Of a DNA stretch of 64,000 nucleotides, positions 57,772 through 64,000 are shown in pieces. The notes beneath the pieces are model-generated. The model was not told the origin of the DNA. It ran no database searches and saw nothing but the letters and a program-made list of their open reading frames with translations. The DNA is from an uncultured Opitutaceae bacterium (lineage in GTDB: Bacteria > Verrucomicrobiota > Verrucomicrobiia > Opitutales > Opitutaceae). Positions within the stretch are counted from its first letter, which is position 1. Each line of letters starts with the position of its first letter. The DNA lies in assembly GCA_964404745.1 (NCBI GenBank), contig CAYOLG010000006.1, positions 4,532 to 68,531 of the forward strand, read 5' to 3'. Both the position numbers and the translations under genes were made by a program.

Positions 57772-58593
57772 CTACTGCGCCACGAACTCCTGCACGGCTG
57801 ACTTTAATTGCGGGTAAGCGAAAGCGAATACGGCGACCAAGGGGAGCATGCCCAGTGACGACCCCGCCATCAAGACGGCCTGAGGGGAATTCAGACTGCT
57901 TCCGTAAAGAGCAGCCAGGCTAATCGGCAATGTCCGCGTCTCTTCGCTGTTCAAAATCAGCATAGGTATGATGTGGGCGTGCCAGGACAGCACGAAATGG
58001 GCGAATCCAAAGGCCAGTAGAAAGGGTCTGACCAAAGAAAGCGTCAGCAAAAACACTCGAAACTCGGAAGCCCCTTCCATTCTGGCCACGTCTAGCAGGT
58101 CGCCAGGAACCTGACGGTAAACGCGGGCGAAGAATATCAGGCCTAAGCCGCTAACCATTCCCGGTAGAGCCACTCCAAGAAGACTGTCGAATAAGCCCAA
58201 TGAATTCACCCACATGAACAAGGGAAGAGCGACCATCTGGGCTGGTATGAGGACCACCAGAATGCCTAAAACCAGAAATCCATTGCGAGCCCGAAATCGA
58301 TTGGTCCCGATCACGAAACCCGCCATCGCGGCCAGCAAAGTGGCCCCTGCTCCCTGACTCAAGGAAACGAATACTGAATTCGCCAAAGTTCGGAGGAATG
58401 GAAAATAGTCATTGGAAAACAGCGTCCGGTAATATTGTCCACTCCATTCTTTCGGCCAAAAAATTCGTGTGTTGAAAATCTCGGCGTTCGATTTGAATGA
58501 ACCAAGAATCATCCAGAAAAGTGGATACAAAAAGACCAGTGTCGCCAGGGCCACAAGACCGCCCAATACAATGGCAATGAGCTTTCGGCTCAT
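57772..58593 (-). CDS. Carbohydrate ABC transporter permease (MalG-like)
   Basis: ARMEGAS EAA loop; NSVFVS and W..IPM motifs. Confidence 0.9.
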   Translation of the reverse strand: MSRKLIAIVLGGLVALATLVFLYPLFWMILGSFKSNAEIFNTRIFWPKEWSGQYYRTLFSNDYFPFLRTLANSVFVSLSQGAGATLLAAMAGFVIGTNRFRARNGFLVLGILVVLIPAQMVALPLFMWVNSLGLFDSLLGVALPGMVSGLGLIFFARVYRQVPGDLLDVARMEGASEFRVFLLTLSLVRPFLLAFGFAHFVLSWHAHIIPMLILNSEETRTLPISLAALYGSSLNSPQAVLMAGSSLGMLPLVAVFAFAYPQLKSAVQEFVAQ

Positions 58594-59498
58594 CGAGTCG
58601 CGCCCTCCTTCCAGATGAATCTAGGAATCATGGCCACTAGTACAAGCGCGCCTCCTAGCCAAGGAACGATGGAGAGGCTCACCGCTGCCCCGCTGCCGAA
58701 CCCGCCTCCGATAAAGGCTTTTTGATAGGCATAGGTCACCAAAAGCAAACCCGCATCATTCGTCCCTCCCGATCCGCCGAAAAGGACATAGGATCCGGCG
58801 AATTGAGCGAAGCAATCGATGATCAGGTAAATCAGGCAGAACGTCAGGGTCGGGGCGATGAGGGGCAAAGTAATGTGGACAAAACGGTTCCAAATACCGG
58901 CTCCATCCATTTTGGCCGCATCGAGAATTTCCTGAGGACGAGCGTTTAGGGCGCAGAGGAGGAAAAAAGCCATGAAACCGGTCCAGCGCCAAATCGCTTG
59001 AATCACTACAGCTGCCAAAATAAAGTCCGGATCTGAAAGCCAATTGATCGTTTCAAACCCAAGAGGTTGCAATATCCATCGATTCAGAAGCCCTTCCTGG
59101 CCATGGAAGACGAGAAGGAACAGCAAGGCCAAAACCGTAGGGGGACAAAGACCGGGGATCATTAGCCCGAATGCCAAGGGCCCTTGTATTCGGCGGTTGC
59201 ACAGACGTAAGGCATGGGCAAAGACAAGAGCCAGCGCGATGGTAATAGTGACCGTCGCCAAGGTAAAAACAGCCGTGTTTAGAACCGCTCGCCAATAGCG
59301 CGAATCAAACAAGAGATCCCGATAATGCTGCAGACCAACGAAGGTCGACTCTCCAAACAGGGTATCGGATTCTAGGCTTAGCAAAAGCCCCTTCCCCAGG
59401 GGCGTGAGCCAGAACAGGGAAAGAAATACAAAAAACGGAGCCAGAAGCCAAACCCGACCCCAGCTTGGCCAAAACCTGTCGCTGAGCGAAGGCTGCAT
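58590..59498 (-). CDS. Carbohydrate ABC transporter permease (MalF-like)
   Basis: AAKMDGA EAA loop, WRWTG, HITLPL. Confidence 0.9.
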   Translation of the reverse strand: MQPSLSDRFWPSWGRVWLLAPFFVFLSLFWLTPLGKGLLLSLESDTLFGESTFVGLQHYRDLLFDSRYWRAVLNTAVFTLATVTITIALALVFAHALRLCNRRIQGPLAFGLMIPGLCPPTVLALLFLLVFHGQEGLLNRWILQPLGFETINWLSDPDFILAAVVIQAIWRWTGFMAFFLLCALNARPQEILDAAKMDGAGIWNRFVHITLPLIAPTLTFCLIYLIIDCFAQFAGSYVLFGGSGGTNDAGLLLVTYAYQKAFIGGGFGSGAAVSLSIVPWLGGALVLVAMIPRFIWKEGATR

Positions 59499-59510
59499 CG
59501 AGGAGGGTCT

Positions 59511-60827
59511 CTAGTTGGCCCCTGGAGGTGGACCGCCGCCACCTTCGAGCTGCTCCTTGAATCGGGTCAGAGCGGTCCGAGCATCCCCTTCGCCATACAT
59601 GACCGAGCTCAGCATGCCCTCTCGGATCATGAAGACAGCCATCGGACGCTTGGGATTCATCATGACTCTCGGCACTTCCGGGGCGAGATCCACCAAAATT
59701 TGGCCCATTGAATCGTATCCAAAAAATGGCTGCGGTTGCAACAGACGGATGTCCTCGAAGGCGGGTTTGTAGGCGGGGAAACTATTGCCCTGCAAGAAAC
59801 GCTGCGCATTCGCCTCCCGATTGGTCATGACGAATTTCATGAATTCCCATGACTCGTCTATCAAATCGCTCCCTTTATAGATGACCAATCCTTGCCCTGC
59901 GAAAGTCGACGTCCGGACCGAATTCGGATTACCGTCTTCATCGGTCCAAACGGGCAGCGGCATAATGCCCCACTCTCCTTCAAGCTCGGATGAAAACTGC
60001 TGGATCATATCCAGACCGTACCAATCGGCACCCATAATGGCGAGAATCTCGTTATTGGCCACATCGCCACCGAAAAACACGGGGTCGAAAATGGTGCTCC
60101 GATCCGGCATTAGACCAATTCGCTTTTGAGCCAGCTCGCCAAGAAACTCCAAGGTATCCACCGCCAGCTCGAAATCGGGCAGCACTTCGCCTGATTCCGA
60201 AAAAAGATGCCCGCCTCGCTGCCGCAATAGCATACCGAAATAGCTGGGATCCAAAGCGAGCAAGGGCTGATTCTGACCCGCCAGCTCCTCGCCGATAGCC
60301 ACAAAGTCGTCCCAAGTCTTGAATTCGCTCGGGGACAGGCTGAACTGCTTAAAGAGGTCCCTCCTATAGTAGATCACCACTGCGCTCAGCGACTGAGGGA
60401 GCCCCAGTACTCGCTCTCCAACACTGAAGAGCTCCAGGCGCTGAGGCATAATGGACTCGTCTAGCCCTGCCGCCTTAACGCGATCGGTTAGATCCACAAA
60501 CGGAGCCTCCCCTTGGAGATACATCCCGAAAAACACTTCATCGAGCTGCACAATGTCTGGAGTGTTGGTCTGCGTTTTGAAGGCGATGGCCAGCTTGTCC
60601 GGCATTTCCCTAAATCCGAATGCCTGCACTTCAGCCTGAAAATCGGCATCCACCTCCTGCTGGTAAAGCCGCACCATATTATCGTAGTAAATTTTGTCCT
60701 GCTGTGAACTGATCCAAATCTTTACCGGATCGGCCAATAAGACTTTCGCTGCGGAGCTTGCCATCAGAGTGGCCGCCAGAAAGCTCAGCCCCTTAGCGAT
60801 TTTTGAAAAATTGAGAAACGCATTCAT
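59511..60827 (-). CDS. Carbohydrate ABC transporter substrate-binding protein
   Basis: Signal peptide; PDIVQLD, VIYYRRDLF, PKTWDDF-like motif, WGIMPLP. Confidence 0.88.
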   Translation of the reverse strand: MNAFLNFSKIAKGLSFLAATLMASSAAKVLLADPVKIWISSQQDKIYYDNMVRLYQQEVDADFQAEVQAFGFREMPDKLAIAFKTQTNTPDIVQLDEVFFGMYLQGEAPFVDLTDRVKAAGLDESIMPQRLELFSVGERVLGLPQSLSAVVIYYRRDLFKQFSLSPSEFKTWDDFVAIGEELAGQNQPLLALDPSYFGMLLRQRGGHLFSESGEVLPDFELAVDTLEFLGELAQKRIGLMPDRSTIFDPVFFGGDVANNEILAIMGADWYGLDMIQQFSSELEGEWGIMPLPVWTDEDGNPNSVRTSTFAGQGLVIYKGSDLIDESWEFMKFVMTNREANAQRFLQGNSFPAYKPAFEDIRLLQPQPFFGYDSMGQILVDLAPEVPRVMMNPKRPMAVFMIREGMLSSVMYGEGDARTALTRFKEQLEGGGGPPPGAN

Positions 60828-61137
60828 ATTGGTATGATTTTCCGTTGTTAAAAGCTATTCGGGATTACGTCGAGGGAGAAGATGGAGGACAAAGACGACT
60901 GTGCCGAAGTTCCTATGCAGGATTCGTATCTGCGGGCACTCTCACGCCTCTGCATGGCTACGGCGGCGCAAGCCGATCGTTCTTTCATCGAATTTCTTGC
61001 CATAAACTGAGATCAGCGCGGCTGGCTGGCTGGATTGGTCGTATCGAGATGCGCTCAAGCCAAACGCAATCCTCGAATGGAATTCCGTTCGATACGGGCG
61101 TGACAGTACCCTCAATCCTCAACTACGGTGCCCTTCT

Positions 61138-61989
61138 ATGCCGCAAATCGGTCAACGGAATCGTCTCGAAATCGTTCGGGACTCGCCTCAAGGGCCTTAC
61201 ATAGATGGTGAAAACCTTGGAGAAATATTGCTACCCGCATTTCAAAAGCCCGAATGGGCCAAGGTCGGGGATGTGCTGGACATCTTCTTGTATCGCGATT
61301 CTGAAGACCGATTGATTGCGACAACTCGGTCCCCTCGAGCGATGGTTGGAGAATTCGCCTGCCTCGAGGTAACTGACGTGAACCCCAAAGTCGGGGCCTT
61401 TCTCGACTGGGGTTTGGAAAAGGACATTCTCCTACCTTTTCGCGAACAAAAGAAACGAGTCCAGGTGGGGGAGAAAGTTATCGTCTATATCAAAGTGGAC
61501 CCGGATACGGATCGCCTGATCGCCACAGCTCGCTTTCATCGCTATCTCGATCAAACCAAGCGCCACTACCGTAAAGGCGATCCCGTCAAGCTGCTGGTAA
61601 TGGAAGAAACGCCCATTGGCTACCGGGCAATCATCGAGAATGCTCACACGGGCCTGCTATATAAAACCGAGTTGTCAGGGCCCCTTGAACACGGGGAGTC
61701 TTTCACGGGATTTATTAGAGATGTTCGAGAGGACGAGAAAATCGATCTGCGGCGCGATCCATCCGGCTATGGCCGAGCCCTGCCGCTTGCCGAGGATATC
61801 TATGATCGACTGATTGAATCCGGAGGCTATCTCCCATTCAACGACAAGTCCCCTCCCGAATTGATTCGCTATACCTTTTCCACAAGCAAGAAAGCCTTCA
61901 AACAAGCTTTAGGCATGCTCTACAAGCAGCAGCGCATCGAGTTCAAAGGCGACGGCATCGCGGTTGTCAGCGCGGAAGCAGAGAGATAG
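61138..61989 (+). CDS. cvfB: S1 RNA-binding domain protein CvfB/YitL
   Basis: GAFLDWGLEKDILLP, GLLY, SKKAFKQALGMLYK winged-helix tail. Confidence 0.9.
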   Translation: MPQIGQRNRLEIVRDSPQGPYIDGENLGEILLPAFQKPEWAKVGDVLDIFLYRDSEDRLIATTRSPRAMVGEFACLEVTDVNPKVGAFLDWGLEKDILLPFREQKKRVQVGEKVIVYIKVDPDTDRLIATARFHRYLDQTKRHYRKGDPVKLLVMEETPIGYRAIIENAHTGLLYKTELSGPLEHGESFTGFIRDVREDEKIDLRRDPSGYGRALPLAEDIYDRLIESGGYLPFNDKSPPELIRYTFSTSKKAFKQALGMLYKQQRIEFKGDGIAVVSAEAER

Positions 61990-62022
61990 AACGCAGCTCG
62001 CCGTATGGAACGGCAGCTCAAA

Positions 62023-62050
62023 CTAGCGCGGGCCGAAGCGCCGCGCTACC
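62023..62050 (-). repeat. Solitary GTAG REP hairpin between convergent genes
   Basis: Reverse complement ggtagcgcggcgcttcggcccgcgctag. Confidence 0.6.
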
Positions 62051-62062
62051 TCATTCAACTAA

Positions 62063-62548
62063 CTACAGTCCCTTGAAGTAGCTATCCAGCAACGAGGGGG
62101 TTTTCTTTTTCCGCTTGGGAGCCCGCGAAGTCGTTTCCTCTGTCGACCGGGAATCGTCCTCAACCGCCCCCTTCTCAGGCAACTGCCCCGACCGGGTTTT
62201 CGCAAGGACCCGCTTCGGCTGAGTGAGAGGAATGACATCGAAATCGATTTGCGGAAAGAGATCCTCAGCTACGCCGTAATCATTCGTCCCCGTTCCCATT
62301 TTCGCGAGCAGCTGCTCGTCGATCGATCTTTCAGGAGCCACCGGTTCATGAGCGGATTCCAGTTGATTCATTTCCTGCTCCTGAGTGGACAGTTCCGAAT
62401 CGCCCGCCAATCCCCGCAAAGGCTCATCGGTTTGCTCGTTCGAATCCAACAAACCTCGCTCCTTCGCTAATCGTTGCAGCTCCGAGCTGCGACGGCGACG
62501 GCGGGCAACCGCATCGAAAATCGACTTATCCTGATCGTCAGAAGGCAT
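62063..62548 (-). CDS. Hypothetical charged, low-complexity protein
   Basis: About 160-aa ORF filling the gap; acidic with basic patches; start 62548 or 62554. Confidence 0.65.
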   Translation of the reverse strand: MPSDDQDKSIFDAVARRRRRSSELQRLAKERGLLDSNEQTDEPLRGLAGDSELSTQEQEMNQLESAHEPVAPERSIDEQLLAKMGTGTNDYGVAEDLFPQIDFDVIPLTQPKRVLAKTRSGQLPEKGAVEDDSRSTEETTSRAPKRKKKTPSLLDSYFKGL

Positions 62549-62721
62549 TTGCAACTCTCCAGTACCTTAGATTTTCGAGGCGATTTGTAAATAGCGCGAT
62601 GAGAAAAGCGGTTTAAAGAAATGTTAAATGCTCACATTCCCACTTCATCCCAGCCAGGCAATTGCAGGAGATATCAGGAAGCGCCGAGTAGAGAAACGGG
62701 GGAAGCGAATCGAATAGGCGT

Positions 62722-63654
62722 ATGGCGACGAAAATCAGTTTTTTCAATTTAAAGGGTGGCGTGGGCAAAACCTCCCTGCTGGTGAATGTCGCATCCTGTC
62801 TGGCCTATCTGGGAAAAAAGGTTCTCGTCGTTGATTTCGATGCTCAAAGTAACTCCAGCATTTGGCTCATGAGACTGGATCGCTGGAACGCCCTCAATCG
62901 AGATCCCAGCAATTTTATCCTCAGTCTATTCAAGGAACCGGGTCGCTCGCTTGGGTCCTGCATCCAGAAGGATGTCGTTCGCGACGCCAACGGCGAAATC
63001 GCCCTCAAAGGCTTGGACCTAGTTCCAGCCAGCTTCAACCTGATGGATCTCGAGCACGAGGTGCCCAACCCTTGGGAAAAGCCCTTCTACGCCCACTTCT
63101 TCCAGGAGCTTCGATCTGTGGAGAAGGACTACGACTACATTTTCTTCGATTGTCCACCCAGCTTCTCCCGCGCCCCCCAATGCGCCGTATTCAGCAGCGA
63201 ACATATAGTCGTTCCCGCCAATCCCGATGCCTTGAGCATCATTGGATTCCACTTGCTCATCGAAAAGCTAGACTACTTTCGCAAGCAAAGCCTTCGCTGG
63301 AGGAAGGAGCTCTCAGCCCCCTTTCCTCACGTTCTCGGCATATCCATCAACGCCGTGAAGCCTGGTACCAATATCGACGTGCCACTAGAGCGATTCAAGG
63401 CCCAAATCGAACGCTTTGCAGCCCAGAAAAAAGTTCCCGAATCAGCCCGTATCTTTCCCGAGCAAATCCGGCACTCAGTCACCGTAGGACGGGCCGTTAT
63501 CCAAGGCTTGCCGATGGTTCTCATGAGCAAGCGAGAGGCGTCAATCAAGGTGGCTGAGGATTACATCCGCACTACCCAACGCATCCTGGAGCTCATCAAA
63601 GAAAAGTCGTCTCCGGAAGAAGCCAGCTTACTCGACAGCTTCGGACAGAACTAG
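62722..63654 (+). CDS. ParA/Soj-family ATPase (orphan)
   Basis: Deviant Walker A KGGVGKT, DFDAQSN, FFDCPP. Confidence 0.9.
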   Translation: MATKISFFNLKGGVGKTSLLVNVASCLAYLGKKVLVVDFDAQSNSSIWLMRLDRWNALNRDPSNFILSLFKEPGRSLGSCIQKDVVRDANGEIALKGLDLVPASFNLMDLEHEVPNPWEKPFYAHFFQELRSVEKDYDYIFFDCPPSFSRAPQCAVFSSEHIVVPANPDALSIIGFHLLIEKLDYFRKQSLRWRKELSAPFPHVLGISINAVKPGTNIDVPLERFKAQIERFAAQKKVPESARIFPEQIRHSVTVGRAVIQGLPMVLMSKREASIKVAEDYIRTTQRILELIKEKSSPEEASLLDSFGQN

Positions 63655-63697
63655 CTTCGTATTATTGGCCCTGTTATCTTTTGTACCGCAAGTGAAT

Positions 63698-63752
63698 GTT
63701 AGCTTCTGATCTCGCGCCTTCGCTAAAGCTACGGCGGAGCGAGCCGAGCAGC
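63698..63752 (+). repeat. REP family B variant with 31-nt insert
   Basis: gttagcttctgatct|cgcgccttcgctaaagctacggcggagcgag|ccgagcagc. Confidence 0.7.
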
Positions 63753-64000
63753 CGTAGTTCCTCCGAAGTATTAGCGGTAGGTGAATCGAGTGTCCGCGAC
63801 CTCAGGCGTTCGAGAAACGAGGATTCCTTCCCTATTCATGCCTTTAGAGAGTGGCCGAGCGTGTGGACGCCCTATCGAGCAACTAATTTCGGTAACGTTA
63901 CCGAAAAGAGTTTCCATACCCTTCCTGCTACACTATTTGCTTCCCAAGCTCCCCCCTAAAAGCCCATTGCCGAATTGTGGAGCCTATTCATACTTGTATT

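Noticed and set aside
60845-61204. 119-aa ORF upstream of cvfB
   Set aside because: It overlaps the cvfB start and the divergent promoter gap and has no recognisable composition or motif.
63845-63900. tRNA-like start (gagagtggccgagcg)
   Set aside because: No anticodon arm, TTCGAA T-loop or acceptor-stem closure follows.
1-64000. RAYT/IS transposase, integrase or prophage explaining the REPs
   Set aside because: No ORF with HUH/Y1, DDE or recombinase motifs was seen; any mobiliser must lie outside the window.

Overview
A 64-kb gene-dense bacterial segment, most likely from a Verrucomicrobiota (PVC superphylum) genome. This is inferred from PVC-type CxxCH dehydrogenases, a PSD1/DUF1553 plus DUF1501 pair and a PVC-type ECF sigma factor. 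About 48 CDSs are dominated by carbohydrate and sulfated-glycan catabolism and periplasmic redox: 4 Cys-type sulfatases, 4 beta-propeller dehydrogenase-cytochrome c fusions, 2 lactonases, 2 Tat-exported Gfo/Idh/MocA enzymes, 2 Tat-exported TIM-barrel isomerases, FucU, and SSS, MFS, ABC, NRAMP and Na/Pi transporters. No rRNA, tRNA, CRISPR array, integrase or transposase was found. Intergenic DNA is rich in GTAG/GTGG-type REP/REPIN palindromes. These include a fixed 65-bp REPIN family, a second inward-footed family with a conserved 20-nt flank, and a 30-31-nt mini-element found at the same site in three different REP variants. Other highlights: a lactonase-dehydrogenase-VOC-dehydrogenase-CMD run, an ECF/FecR-LamG/PSD1/DUF1501 unit, an orphan ParA with a divergent disordered partner sharing a C-terminal SLLDS(Y/F) motif, and two decayed gene remnants. 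All family calls come from motif recognition by eye; no database searches were run.
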